64,000 nt of DNA. It comes from Candidatus Hydrogenedentota bacterium. GTDB taxonomy: Bacteria; Hydrogenedentota; Hydrogenedentia; Hydrogenedentales; SLHB01. Of this stretch, positions 10,163 to 20,440 are shown one piece after another; position 1 is the first letter of the stretch, and the number at the start of each line of letters is the position of its first letter. The stretch is from the NCBI GenBank assembly GCA_963668025.2, contig CAXXTH010000017.1, forward strand, positions 544,001-608,000, read 5' to 3'. A program made the position numbers and the translations under genes. The notes beneath the pieces are model-generated. The model was not told the DNA's origin. It did no database searches and saw nothing but the letters and a program-made list of their open reading frames with translations.

Positions 10163-11983
10163 CTACATCCCGCCAGGAGCAGTAGGCATGCCAGGCATCG
10201 CATTACCGCCGGGCATACCAGGCATTCCAGGCATGCCGGGCATTGTGCCTCCTTGCATGCCGCCCATACCGGGCATACCGGGCATTCCACCAGGCATCGT
10301 GTTGCCTGGCGCAGCGCCTGGCATAGCGCCTGGCGCCGCTGCTTCAGGGGTCGCGCCTGGCGCACCGCCCTGTTCCGCTTGTTCCGCTAAGCGTTTCTGC
10401 TCAATTTCAAAACGCTGTTTTGCACTGCTTACATCTTTTACTTTCTGCGCGGACTGATCAATCAGTTTCTGTTTCTGCTCGCTCTGCGGCACGCTCGAAT
10501 CATTGGGGATCACCGACAGGATGCCGGGCACGCTCTCGAACTTCGTACTCGCTTCTTCAAACGAACGGCGTTCGAGGAGCGCATCGCCATCATCCAGGGC
10601 GTCCTGGGCGTCATCTAATACGTCATTCAAGATATTGTTGATGGCGGCTTGCGCATCGCTTGCGGCCTTTTTGGCGGCGGCTGTTTGTTCGGGGAACATG
10701 TCGTTATTCGCCACATCCTCCGCTTTGCTGATGACTTGGTTGAAGGTGTTGATGGCGATCTCATATTGAGGCGGCGTTTCACCCGCGAGGCGGCCGGCTT
10801 CTTTCATATCACGTTCGATGCTCGCCACCATTTCGATGGTTTGTTTGAGCAGTTCATTACGCTCCCGAAGCTTAATCTGGGCGTCGTTGAGCAAGTCGGA
10901 TGCCTGGCTGTTGCCAGGATCGGATGCGATAGCTTCCCGGAACGCCACGATAGCGTCATCTAGCGCCCGCTCCGGCGGATGGGGGCCTTCCGCCGCATCC
11001 AGCAATTCTTTGCCTTGCTCCACGTAATAGCGCCCGATTTTCTTGATGATGCCCTGGCGGCTTGGCCCGGAGAAGCTTGCCGCATACCGCCACTCCTGCA
11101 CGGCGCGATCTTTCGCGCCCGCCGCAAAGAAGTAGTCGCCTACCTTGTCATAGGCTTCGGTAATGCCAGGATTTACGTGGGTGAGCTGGGCATAGGCCTC
11201 TTGCGCTTCTTCCACGTTATCTTTCACCACCAGGAGATATTGGATATCATCCACGAAATACCAAGTCATGGATTCCCGTGAGGGCGTTTTCCCCTCGGGA
11301 GTTTCGCCTTGGCGCAAAACCGTGTGCCAAGCGTCCGCAACAGCCTGCACGGCTTTCATGAAATAGGGCTGAACGCTTTGCGATAGATAGCCATTATAGC
11401 CTGTGCCGCGCGCATAGTCGCCCGCGACTATCGCTTCGGCGTCTTTGACATAGCTCAGGTCGGAGCGAAGATAATCGGCGGGCGAGCGCATGAAATACAA
11501 CTCGCGGCGCATCGGGGTCGTCTTCAGGTTGGCGATCTGCGCATCAATATCGCCATTAATCTCACGGCGAAGCTGCTCGCCTTTGACGGATTTGTCTAGT
11601 CCGATGCCAAACGGCATATGCAAGTCGGCCACCAGCGCCCCGAGAACGCCCAATCGATACGCAAAATAGCCGCCTATGCCATATTGCCGCGCTTCACGCA
11701 GCAATTGAATCTGATTGAGGATTTCGTTTACGGCGTCAGATTCAGACTGGAAATTCGTTTTGAGCGCCAGCTCATAACCGTCTTGCGCGCCTTTTATCAA
11801 GTCATCATGGAAAATAAAGCGCGTATTTTCGAAATAATCTTGCGAGTAGACTCCGCGTAGTAATTGAAGGGAGGTGTTCATTACGGAGCGTTGGGCCTCG
11901 GGCCCCCAGGCGTTTGCATTGGATGCGATTAGGCCCAAGCCGGCTAACACCCAACACACTCGCCACACTGTTTTCCTCTTCAT
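10163..11983 (-). CDS. Secreted TPR-containing hypothetical protein with a Met-Pro-Gly-rich tail
   Basis: Signal peptide ending ANA-WG, helical/TPR-like middle, (G)MPG repeats at the C-terminus; GAGG RBS before ATG 11983. Confidence 0.7.
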   Translation of the reverse strand: MKRKTVWRVCWVLAGLGLIASNANAWGPEAQRSVMNTSLQLLRGVYSQDYFENTRFIFHDDLIKGAQDGYELALKTNFQSESDAVNEILNQIQLLREARQYGIGGYFAYRLGVLGALVADLHMPFGIGLDKSVKGEQLRREINGDIDAQIANLKTTPMRRELYFMRSPADYLRSDLSYVKDAEAIVAGDYARGTGYNGYLSQSVQPYFMKAVQAVADAWHTVLRQGETPEGKTPSRESMTWYFVDDIQYLLVVKDNVEEAQEAYAQLTHVNPGITEAYDKVGDYFFAAGAKDRAVQEWRYAASFSGPSRQGIIKKIGRYYVEQGKELLDAAEGPHPPERALDDAIVAFREAIASDPGNSQASDLLNDAQIKLRERNELLKQTIEMVASIERDMKEAGRLAGETPPQYEIAINTFNQVISKAEDVANNDMFPEQTAAAKKAASDAQAAINNILNDVLDDAQDALDDGDALLERRSFEEASTKFESVPGILSVIPNDSSVPQSEQKQKLIDQSAQKVKDVSSAKQRFEIEQKRLAEQAEQGGAPGATPEAAAPGAMPGAAPGNTMPGGMPGMPGMGGMQGGTMPGMPGMPGMPGGNAMPGMPTAPGGM

Positions 11984-12293
11984 AGCAAACCTCATGTTTC
12001 CGCTGGCCTCGCGTTCACCCATAGCGCACCCGGCGGCGCCTTACCGCACGAAATCGCGAAAATACCCCATTCTTCGCGCGTGAGGGTAAACCCGCCGCAA
12101 ACATGGAAAGCCGGTTCCCCAAGGAGCCATCTCCCACCAGCCATAAACCTAGAAAGGACAATATCATTTGCCCCTGAAAACTGTCAACTATATCCCCAAA
12201 ATTGATTTACCCCCATTTTGCGCCCCCAATTCCGGCATGCTATTCTTCGGGTAAGCGGGGCGCGTTATAACATGCCCCTGCGAAAACGGGGGC

Positions 12294-13505
12294 ATGATGC
12301 ACACAGTTCTGTACTTCTTGTTTAGCGTGATTGGCGCGTATATCGCGCTATTCGCCGCGTATCTTCTATTGCTTTCCGCCGCTTCGTGGTTTCATCGCAA
12401 ACGCACCCAGCCGGATGCTGCGCCACTCCGCCTCGCCGTGGCCATACCTGCCCACAATGAAGAGAGCGGGATCGCCGCTACCGTTGCCAGTGTGTTGGGC
12501 TGCGCATATCCCGAAGAAAAACGGGCCGTTTTTGTCATCGCGGACAACTGCACGGACGGCACGGCGGACCGGGCGCGTGAATCCGGCGCGGAGGCGGCTG
12601 TCCGCACGGACATCGAGCATCGCGGCAAAGGGCAAGCCATCGAATGGTTCCTGAAAACCTATGGCGGGCAGCTCCGCGCATTTGATGGCATTGTGCTCAC
12701 GGATGCGGATACGGCGCTGGATCCCGCCTTTCTGCAAGAGGCCTCCGGCAGCTTGAGCCATCCGGATGTGGCCATTATGCAAGGGTACGACGGAGTGGGC
12801 AACGCTGGTGAAAACTGGCGCACCGCACTTACGTTCGCGGGTTTCGCTGGTGTCAACCATGTCCGTCCCGCTGGCCAGGAAACCCTCGGCGGCGCGGTTA
12901 CGCTGAAAGGGTGCGGCATGGCGTTCCGCTCTTCCGTGCTGCTCGATATGGGATGGCCCGCCCATGGCGTCGTCGAAGATATGGAACAAGGGCTCGATTT
13001 TTTGTTGTCCGGTGCGCGCGTGTCGTATAACCCAGACGCTGTGGTGCTATCGAGCATGCCCGCACACGCCCGGCAGGCCCATTCCCAGCGCACGCGATGG
13101 GAAGGCGGCCGTATGCAGCTCATGGCGCGCATGGGGCCGCGCCTGGCGTGCGCCTTTCTGCGCGAGCCGCGCTGGCGGTGGCTGGACGCCCTTCTCGAAG
13201 TGGCCACGCCGCCCCTGTCCATGCTGGCCATTGCCCTTGCCGCTTTATTTATATTAGCGCTGCTGGCATGGAATAGCGCCATGCTGCTGGCGGCATGCGT
13301 CCTAACCGCCGCTATTGCCGCGTATGTGGCCACCGGCCTGCTCCAACGCCGCGCTTCCCGCCGCGTATGGGCCGCCCTCGCGCTGGCGCCTTTATTTGTG
13401 CTGGCCAAGCTCCCCGTATACGGCGCGCTTCTCCTCGGGCGGCGGCCCACGCAATGGGTGCGCACCGAGCGCAGCGAAACGGCCCACCGGGATGATGCGT
13501 CATGA
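12294..13505 (+). CDS. Membrane glycosyltransferase family 2 (processive type)
   Basis: IPAHNEE, ADNCTD, DAD, ED and QRTRW motifs plus TM helices. Confidence 0.9.
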   Translation: MMHTVLYFLFSVIGAYIALFAAYLLLLSAASWFHRKRTQPDAAPLRLAVAIPAHNEESGIAATVASVLGCAYPEEKRAVFVIADNCTDGTADRARESGAEAAVRTDIEHRGKGQAIEWFLKTYGGQLRAFDGIVLTDADTALDPAFLQEASGSLSHPDVAIMQGYDGVGNAGENWRTALTFAGFAGVNHVRPAGQETLGGAVTLKGCGMAFRSSVLLDMGWPAHGVVEDMEQGLDFLLSGARVSYNPDAVVLSSMPAHARQAHSQRTRWEGGRMQLMARMGPRLACAFLREPRWRWLDALLEVATPPLSMLAIALAALFILALLAWNSAMLLAACVLTAAIAAYVATGLLQRRASRRVWAALALAPLFVLAKLPVYGALLLGRRPTQWVRTERSETAHRDDAS

Positions 13506-14491
13506 ACGCCCCAGCCATCGACATCTCTTTCGTGGTCATCGGCTTCAATGAATCCCCCATCCTCGCCGATTGCATCGCTTCCTGCCGCCGCGCCGCGCCG
13601 CGCGGCCTTCAAACGGAAATCCTCTACGCCGATGGCGGCTCGACGGATGGCAGCATCTCCATCGCCCAGCAAGCTGGCGCGGACCGCATCCTGGGCGGCG
13701 ACAAGCGCAGGCGCGCCGCGGAAAATCGCAATCTCGGCCTGCACGCGGCGCAGGGGTGTTATGTGCAATTCGTGGACGGCGATATGCTGCTGGAACCGGA
13801 TTGGCCTGCGGCTGCGGTTGCCGCTCTTGAAGCGCGCCCGGAAACCGCCATCGTCTGCGGCGCACTCCATGAAAGAGGTGCGGGATTATTGTCGCGCGTG
13901 CTCGAGCTGGATTGGATTCCCGAGGAAGGCGATGTCGCCTTTTGCGGCGGGGCGTCCATGGCCCGGCGGGATGTGCTGCTTTCCCTCGGCGGTTTCCCAG
14001 AAGACGTACGCTACGGGGAAGAACCCTTTTTATGCTGGCGCATCCGCAACGAGCTGGGATTATATATTCACAAATTGAACTGTACGATGGCCCAGCATGA
14101 TTTAGGAATACACACCTTTGCCGCATATTGGCGATGGAATGGGCGCAATGGCCGCAGTTACGCGGAGATCGCCGCCCGCTGCCTGCACACGAAGGACCGC
14201 TTATGGCTCAAGCCCTGTATCTCAAACGCAGCCTGGGCGCTCCTGTTGCTCGCATCCGCCCTGATACTGCTCTTTGCCCCCTGGCCCCTGCGCGCGGCCA
14301 TATTCGTGGCATGGATAGCCGTGCTGGCGCGTAAAACGATTCATGCTTACCGGCGCACGGCGTCGCTTGCCACTTCCGCCGCCTATGCCGGACACATCTA
14401 TTTCGTCAAACTAGCATTGGCCTGGGGCCAGCTTTGCTGGATAACAGGCCATTTCGTCGCCAAGAAAAAAGGTAACAATTTAGCCGACTGA
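13502..14491 (+). CDS. Glycosyltransferase family 2; last codons supplied by a MITE
   Basis: DGGSTD, FVDGD and GEE motifs; ATGA overlap with the upstream gene. Confidence 0.88.
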   Translation: MNAPAIDISFVVIGFNESPILADCIASCRRAAPRGLQTEILYADGGSTDGSISIAQQAGADRILGGDKRRRAAENRNLGLHAAQGCYVQFVDGDMLLEPDWPAAAVAALEARPETAIVCGALHERGAGLLSRVLELDWIPEEGDVAFCGGASMARRDVLLSLGGFPEDVRYGEEPFLCWRIRNELGLYIHKLNCTMAQHDLGIHTFAAYWRWNGRNGRSYAEIAARCLHTKDRLWLKPCISNAAWALLLLASALILLFAPWPLRAAIFVAWIAVLARKTIHAYRRTASLATSAAYAGHIYFVKLALAWGQLCWITGHFVAKKKGNNLAD

Positions 14492-14751
14492 AGTGAAAGT
14501 ACCGGGACAGTTTTTGAACTGAGAATACATAATAAACCGCCTATAATGGAGGCATTTATTTTTAGACATGATTTACAAGATGGGACAAGATTTTTTTTGA
14601 TGGCAATTTTGCTACACAAAAGAACGCGCCCGGATACTTTCTAGATTAACTTTCAGATTTGCAAATAATCCTGGCGATCTTGTCCAATCTTGTCCATCAT
14701 GTAAATCATGTCAAAAAAAACAGCTCTTTCTTCAGTCGGTTAAAGTATTAC
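14472..14751. mobile_element. 280-bp non-autonomous MITE
   Basis: TIRs GTAACAATTTAGCCGACTGAAG and (reverse complement) GTAATACTTTAACCGACTGAAG; 8-bp TSD GAAAAAAG at 14464-14471 and 14752-14759; AT-rich interior with an internal inverted repeat. Confidence 0.8.
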
Positions 14752-14805
14752 GAAAAAAGAATAATTGGCTGAGTACGACAACAACGCCAACCAGGAGAAG
14801 CGCGC

Positions 14806-15285
14806 ATGCCATGCCTCATTGACCACGTAAACATCGTCGTATCGAATTTGGAGCGTTCGGTGGACTTTTACACCCGCCTATTGGGTTTTGAGCAGACGCG
14901 CCAGGCCACGCTGGAAGGGGAATGGATCGAGTCCGTCGCGGGGCTCAAGGGAGTCCATGCGGAGGTGGCGTACATCCAGCCGCCGGGCGGCGGCCCACGC
15001 ATCGAACTCATCGAATACCGTTCGCCCGCGGGCGAAGTCCTGCCCGCAAACGCCATGGCCAATACCGTGGGCTTGCGGCATCTGGCTTTCCGGGTCGAGG
15101 ATGCATGGGGGCTGTATGAACGGCTGCGGAGTGAAGGGGTGGCGTTTCTCGCGCCGCCCGTGCGCGTACCGGGGAAAGTCGTGCGGCACGATGAAGGCGA
15201 TAAATCGCTCTGTTATTTCCATGACCCCGACGGCGTGCTGCTCGAACTGGCGCAATATGACGAAAGCGCCCCTCGCCAGGCGTAG
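14806..15285 (+). CDS. VOC/glyoxalase family protein
   Basis: IDHVNIVV, RIELIEY, RHLAFRV, DPDGVLLEL; AGGAG RBS. Confidence 0.9.
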   Translation: MPCLIDHVNIVVSNLERSVDFYTRLLGFEQTRQATLEGEWIESVAGLKGVHAEVAYIQPPGGGPRIELIEYRSPAGEVLPANAMANTVGLRHLAFRVEDAWGLYERLRSEGVAFLAPPVRVPGKVVRHDEGDKSLCYFHDPDGVLLELAQYDESAPRQA

Positions 15286-15313
15286 GCCAAACAAGAGGCG
15301 CGGTGTCACCACA

Positions 15314-16372
15314 TCATGGAATAAACGTCATATCCTTCTTGAGGCCCACGAGCCATTCCGCCAGCAGCCGGGCGGCGTTCTCCGCATCCGCGAGGCTGAT
15401 CAATTCCACGGGCGAATGCATATAGCGGTTCGGAATGCTGACCAGCCCGGTGGCCATGCCGCCCCGGCTGAGCTGCATGGCGTTGGCGTCCGTGCCCGTG
15501 CCGCGCGGCGCGGCGGCAATCTGGTGGGGGATCTTCTTTTTGCGGGCGGTCTCGATGAGCTGCTTGCCCACGACGGGATTGATGTTCGCGCCCCGGAAGA
15601 GAATCGGGCCGCCATCAATTTTTCCTTCCCGGAACCGGCGCGCATCGACGGTCGGATAATCCACGGCATGGCCGACATCCACCGCGACGCCCACTTGGGG
15701 GTTGCAACCATATGCGCTCGTGGCGGCCCCGCGAAGCCCGATTTCCTCCTGCACCGTCGTAACCGCATACACCGCGCACTCAATCGTGCGCTCGGCGAGC
15801 AGCCGCAGCGCTTCCAGGATAACGAACGCGCCAATGCGATCATCAAACGCGCGCGCCACGGCCCGGCCGTTTAGCAGTTCCGTGAATCCCGCGTCAATGG
15901 TGATGGGGTCGCCAATGGCCACATGCTTTTCCGCTTCTTTTTTATCTTTCGCGCCGATATCCACCCAAAGCTGGTGAAGCTTGAGCGGCTTGCCGCGTTC
16001 TTCCACTTCCATGAGATGGATGGCCGTACGGCCGATAACGCCCGGCAGGCTGCCTTTCTGGCCATGCACCTCGACGCGCTGGCCATCCAGCACCGATGGG
16101 TCAATGCCGCCGATGGCCACGAATCCAATGAAACCGCGATCATCAATATCATTGATCATGAGTGCAATTTCATCCACGTGCCCCGCGAGCATGACCCGCA
16201 ATTCCGCGCCCGGATTCTTGACATGGTATTGATTGCCATGAACATCTTTATATATTTCATCCGCGAACGGCTTGGCGTACTGGGCGCACACTTCCTGGGC
16301 TTTTTCTTCAAAGCCCGAGGGGCTGGGCGTCGTAACCAATTCCTGTAGAAAACCGAGAGATTGCTTTTTCAT
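15314..16372 (-). CDS. M42 family metallo-aminopeptidase
   Basis: SPSGFE, AGHVDEI, FDDRIG, QEEIGLRGA, YMHSP. Confidence 0.93.
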   Translation of the reverse strand: MKKQSLGFLQELVTTPSPSGFEEKAQEVCAQYAKPFADEIYKDVHGNQYHVKNPGAELRVMLAGHVDEIALMINDIDDRGFIGFVAIGGIDPSVLDGQRVEVHGQKGSLPGVIGRTAIHLMEVEERGKPLKLHQLWVDIGAKDKKEAEKHVAIGDPITIDAGFTELLNGRAVARAFDDRIGAFVILEALRLLAERTIECAVYAVTTVQEEIGLRGAATSAYGCNPQVGVAVDVGHAVDYPTVDARRFREGKIDGGPILFRGANINPVVGKQLIETARKKKIPHQIAAAPRGTGTDANAMQLSRGGMATGLVSIPNRYMHSPVELISLADAENAARLLAEWLVGLKKDMTFIP

Positions 16373-16587
16373 ATGCTCTCCTTGCATTGCCGCTTCGTGT
16401 CAGCGGCGCATAATGGCCGAAATTCCGGCCACGCCAGTATCGCTCTGCACGCCTAAATACGTATAATACCGTTTCCACGCGCATAGTCCCAATAGCGCGG
16501 GGCGCCCGGAATCGCAAGCGGTGGATGCAGAAAAATGCAAAGCAAAGTAGATTCCCCGGGCGGTGGGGGATATGATAGCATTGGCGC

Positions 16588-16914
16588 ATGCAAAAGCCGA
16601 AACGCAAACCCGAGCCAGCCGAGATTTGGGCCATATGGCGGGCGAGATTGCATCCCGACCGGGTTGGGGTGCTTGTCGGGTTGTGCATGGCCATGGCTGT
16701 CATGGCGCTGGGATTTTGGCGTGGAACCGGATTTCTGGATGTCTTGTACAGGACCGCATTGGCTTTTGTGGTAAGCTGGCTGGTTACGTTCGCTGCCGTG
16801 TTCGTGGTATACCACATTTCGGACAGGGAACTGGCTCCTCCACCGGAGCCTAGCCAAGAAGCTGAGGATTTGGATAAAACGTCCCCCGAAGGGGGTGCAG
16901 GAGAACAAGAATGA
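16588..16914 (+). CDS. Small two-TM membrane protein
   Basis: Two hydrophobic helices and an acidic tail; ATGA overlap with the next gene. Confidence 0.6.
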   Translation: MQKPKRKPEPAEIWAIWRARLHPDRVGVLVGLCMAMAVMALGFWRGTGFLDVLYRTALAFVVSWLVTFAAVFVVYHISDRELAPPPEPSQEAEDLDKTSPEGGAGEQE

Positions 16915-18080
16915 AACGAATAGCGGTCATGGCCTGCTGTGGCGGCGTTATGCTGGCGTTGTCTCAGCTTACTGCATGGGGGCAAAGCGCCCCCGCACCG
17001 GCAGCCCAATCCGATATCGTGTTGCGGTGTGTCCCGGATGGCCCCGTCGCCCGGGTGGATCAAGAAGCGATTGCTCCGGATGAATTCCGGGACTTGTATG
17101 TCGCGGAGCTTTTACGCCTACAGCATACGGGCGGGCAATTGGAGGATATCGAACGCATGGAACTGGCCATGCGATGCCTGCGAATGCTCATCGAGCGGAG
17201 CATGCTGTTCCAAAGCGCCCAGCAACAGGGCCTTGCGGTCACGGATGAAGAAGTCGCCACCGCTTGGAAAGAAGAAGTCGAACGCATGAGCAAAGGCCTC
17301 GCGGGCCAAAGCGGCAAGCCGCTCAGTGAAGAAGAAATTCTCAAGCTGGCCAATACAAGCCGCGAAAACGCGCTCAAAGAACTCCGCCGCACCATGCTGA
17401 TTGATAAAATGCGCGGCGTCATTGTGAAAAAAAAGAATGTAACCGCCACGGATGAGGAAGCGAAAAAATACTTTGACGATAATAAACTGAATAACCGCAT
17501 CCCCGATTCCGTGCGCATACAACAAATCTATATCAAAGTGCCTAAAACCGCTGGCGCGCCAAATCCCGCAATCGCCGAAAAGGCCCGGAAAGAAGCTGAC
17601 AACGCGTTGGCGCGGGTGAAATCCGGAGAGAAATTCGAGGCGGTGGCCAAGGCCGTCACCCAAGCCCCCAACAAACAGGGCGCCGAGGAAAATGGGACGC
17701 AAGTCGCCGTGGATGGGCTTCCCGCCGAATTGCGCCAGCCGGTCATGGCGTTAGCGCCTGGCGAAGTCAGCCCGGTAATCACGAGCGAATACGGCTTTCA
17801 TATCGTCAAGATGCTCGAAAAAGTCGCAGGCAAAGAGCCTACCTTCGAGGAAATGTCCGCCGGGATTAAAAAGCTCTTGCTCGCCCAACGAGGCAATGAG
17901 GCCGTACGCGAGTATTGCAGCGAAATGAAAAGCGAAATCACGATTTACATCGATTTTGACCGGGAAATTAAAGCCCGCCCCGACCTGCAAGAAGCCTTGA
18001 AAAAACTTCAAAAAGAAACCGATGAAAGCGCTCCGCAACAACCGGCGGCGGCCCCCAAAAAGCCCGCTTCAAAAAAATGA
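16911..18080 (+). CDS. SurA/PrsA-like parvulin peptidyl-prolyl isomerase
   Basis: Signal peptide, SurA-N-like helices, parvulin motif SPVITSEYGFHIVK. Confidence 0.85.
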   Translation: MKRIAVMACCGGVMLALSQLTAWGQSAPAPAAQSDIVLRCVPDGPVARVDQEAIAPDEFRDLYVAELLRLQHTGGQLEDIERMELAMRCLRMLIERSMLFQSAQQQGLAVTDEEVATAWKEEVERMSKGLAGQSGKPLSEEEILKLANTSRENALKELRRTMLIDKMRGVIVKKKNVTATDEEAKKYFDDNKLNNRIPDSVRIQQIYIKVPKTAGAPNPAIAEKARKEADNALARVKSGEKFEAVAKAVTQAPNKQGAEENGTQVAVDGLPAELRQPVMALAPGEVSPVITSEYGFHIVKMLEKVAGKEPTFEEMSAGIKKLLLAQRGNEAVREYCSEMKSEITIYIDFDREIKARPDLQEALKKLQKETDESAPQQPAAAPKKPASKK

Positions 18081-18113
18081 TGCGCCAGGGATGCCATAAT
18101 GCTGTTTGATACG

Positions 18114-18149
18114 AAAGGGGAGGCCTTGAAAAAGGGCTTCCCTTTTTTC
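18114..18149 (+). terminator. Terminator after the PPIase gene
   Basis: AAAGGGGAGGCC / GGCTTCCCTTT hairpin with a T-tract. Confidence 0.6.
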
Positions 18150-18200
18150 ATTAGGAGTTATGTCGTGCTCGATCATGATATTAGAGCCGAATGCCGCGCA

Positions 18201-20150
18201 ATGCCGTATAAGCGCTATGTTTTATTTTTTTGCATGGGCATACTATGCGCCATGGGAGCATTCGCCGAAGAAGCATTCGCCTGGCCGCTCGAGTTGCCGC
18301 GCGCGCTCACATCGAGCTTCGCCGAATACCGGACAGGCCGGTTCCATGCGGGCGTGGATTTGCGCACCGGGGGCATCGGCCAGCCCGTACATGCATGTAA
18401 AAACGGTTACGTATCGAGGGTGCGTTGCAGCCCTTATGGGTATGGTAAAGCCGTCTATCTCACCCTCGAAGATGGCCGCACGGTGGTGTACGCCCATCTT
18501 AATGATTACGCCCCCGCCTTGCGCGAATATGTGCGGAATGAACAGCATGCCCGCGAGACCTATACCGTGGATCTAGCTCCAACGCCGGGGCAGTTTGCCA
18601 TCCAGTGCGGCGAGGTCATCGCATATAGCGGCGACACCGGGATAGGCGCGCCGCATTTGCATTACGAGTTCCGGGAACCAGATGAACGTCCCGTGAATCC
18701 GCGTCTTTTGGATATTGCCTGGCCAGACGCCACCCCTCCAGTGGTGCGTACTATTCTTATCACCCCCATGGACCCCAGCGCGCGCATTAATGGAGACATG
18801 CAGCCGGTTATGCTCTCCGCCCATCCTCAAGGCAATGGGCGTTTTTTATGCGACGCTGTACATGCGCGCGGGCGGCTCGGTTTCGGAGCCGATATCATTG
18901 ATCCCGCCAATGGGGGCGATAATATCTTGGGCGTCTACAAACTAACGGCGGCGGCTGGCGCCGCCGAATTGTTCCGTGTTCAAAATGATTACTTGTCGTA
19001 TGACACGATACGCCACGGAGCGGTCTCCTGGCATCCGTACCTGCTGGCGCAAGGCATGTTCCTGCTGCTCTGGCGCTGGCCGGGCAACACCGCGCCCAGC
19101 TACAGCTTCTCGAGCGGCGACGGCATCTTTGATATGGGTGATGCGACCACGACGGTTACGCTGCAAGCGGAAGACTTCTCGGGCAATTCGGTCTCTATTG
19201 AGATTCCTCTAGAACCTGGCGGCCCCGGGCAATCGCCGATTCTCGATACCGCCATACCGCCGGAGAATACGCCGGGCGCGGTGGAGCTTTCCTGCTTCGG
19301 CACATGGGCCTGCATCACGGCGTCCTTCCCGCATGCGGAGCCACGGCCCCCCGTGATGCAAATAGAAGGCCCAGCGGCCAGCACGGGAGGCCGCTTTGTC
19401 CGAATTAATGACCGTACATTCCGGGCGGCCTATGACCCTTCCACAACCGGCATGGCCGCCTTGCACATCCAACATCCACGGCTGCAGGAACAGTCCTTCC
19501 GGGCCGCCGTTTTCCAGCGCGGGCAGGGAGGCCCGGCGCAGTGGGGAGATGCGGGCGTCGAAGCCGGCGCCAATGCCGCCTATGGGACACTCTTCATCTT
19601 GGAAGAAGATAAGCCCGCCGAATCCCCCGAAGCCTTGCGCATGCTGGGGCATCCCTATCGCTTCTGGCCGGACGCCGCTCCAATTGATGAGCCCATCACG
19701 ATCACCCTGCCGCTTCCCGAAGGCATTAGCGACCCATCAACGCTCGCCATCTATCGCAAAACGAACAAGGGCTGGGCCATGAAAGACACGACACGCAAGG
19801 ATGGCGCGCTGTGCGCACGCACCAATGAACTAGGTGTTTTCGCGGTGTTGGCGGACGAACAGCCCCCCCTCATCGACCAAGTGCAGCCGGGTGATGGCTG
19901 CTCCACGGCGAAGCGCCCCACGATTCGGGCGAGTATCGCGGATGGCGGAAGCGGCGTGGAAGCGTTCGAGATACGCGCCAATGGCCAATGGCTGTTAGCG
20001 GAATATGATCCAGAAGAAAACCGGCTCGAATGGGCGCGTGATGAAGACCTGCCCAGCGGCAATGTCTGTATCGAATTCCGCGTGACGGATAACGCAGGAA
20101 ACACCGCCACCGCCATGCGGAACATCCATGCCGGCGAAGCAAGCAAGTAG
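18201..20150 (+). CDS. M23 family metallopeptidase (secreted)
   Basis: FHAGVDLR, YAHL and PHLHYE motifs; start moved downstream of the terminator. Confidence 0.88.
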   Translation: MPYKRYVLFFCMGILCAMGAFAEEAFAWPLELPRALTSSFAEYRTGRFHAGVDLRTGGIGQPVHACKNGYVSRVRCSPYGYGKAVYLTLEDGRTVVYAHLNDYAPALREYVRNEQHARETYTVDLAPTPGQFAIQCGEVIAYSGDTGIGAPHLHYEFREPDERPVNPRLLDIAWPDATPPVVRTILITPMDPSARINGDMQPVMLSAHPQGNGRFLCDAVHARGRLGFGADIIDPANGGDNILGVYKLTAAAGAAELFRVQNDYLSYDTIRHGAVSWHPYLLAQGMFLLLWRWPGNTAPSYSFSSGDGIFDMGDATTTVTLQAEDFSGNSVSIEIPLEPGGPGQSPILDTAIPPENTPGAVELSCFGTWACITASFPHAEPRPPVMQIEGPAASTGGRFVRINDRTFRAAYDPSTTGMAALHIQHPRLQEQSFRAAVFQRGQGGPAQWGDAGVEAGANAAYGTLFILEEDKPAESPEALRMLGHPYRFWPDAAPIDEPITITLPLPEGISDPSTLAIYRKTNKGWAMKDTTRKDGALCARTNELGVFAVLADEQPPLIDQVQPGDGCSTAKRPTIRASIADGGSGVEAFEIRANGQWLLAEYDPEENRLEWARDEDLPSGNVCIEFRVTDNAGNTATAMRNIHAGEASK

Positions 20151-20176
20151 GGTGCGCTTGCCCCCACTGCTCAAGG
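20147..20176 (+). repeat. REP-like family A copy (forward)
   Basis: GTAGGGTGCGCTTGCCCCCACTGCTCAAGG resembles the reverse complement of the 54249-54278 segment. Confidence 0.6.
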
Positions 20177-20440
20177 CCATTCGTTCGACAAGCAGAAAAG
20201 CCTCGACATAACCCGTCATGACGATTGCCTTTTTCCCACCACGAAGAACCGAAGAACACGAAAGGATTGGGAAGGATTCCGTGAGTGATGGTATATATCA
20301 GATAATCTTCCGTAAATACGAAAAATGAAATAAATGAAAAAGGATTGTTTTTTTACACCTATTGTGCTAATTTGCATACTAGTAGTTGTATCCCGCAGAT
20401 TATTGATTGGTAATCGGACGCCGGATTCCTTGTTATATAC

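Noticed and set aside
10165-10370. Tandem 9-bp repeats as a CRISPR array or VNTR element
   Set aside because: They are degenerate codon repeats encoding MPG units; there are no spacers or cas genes.
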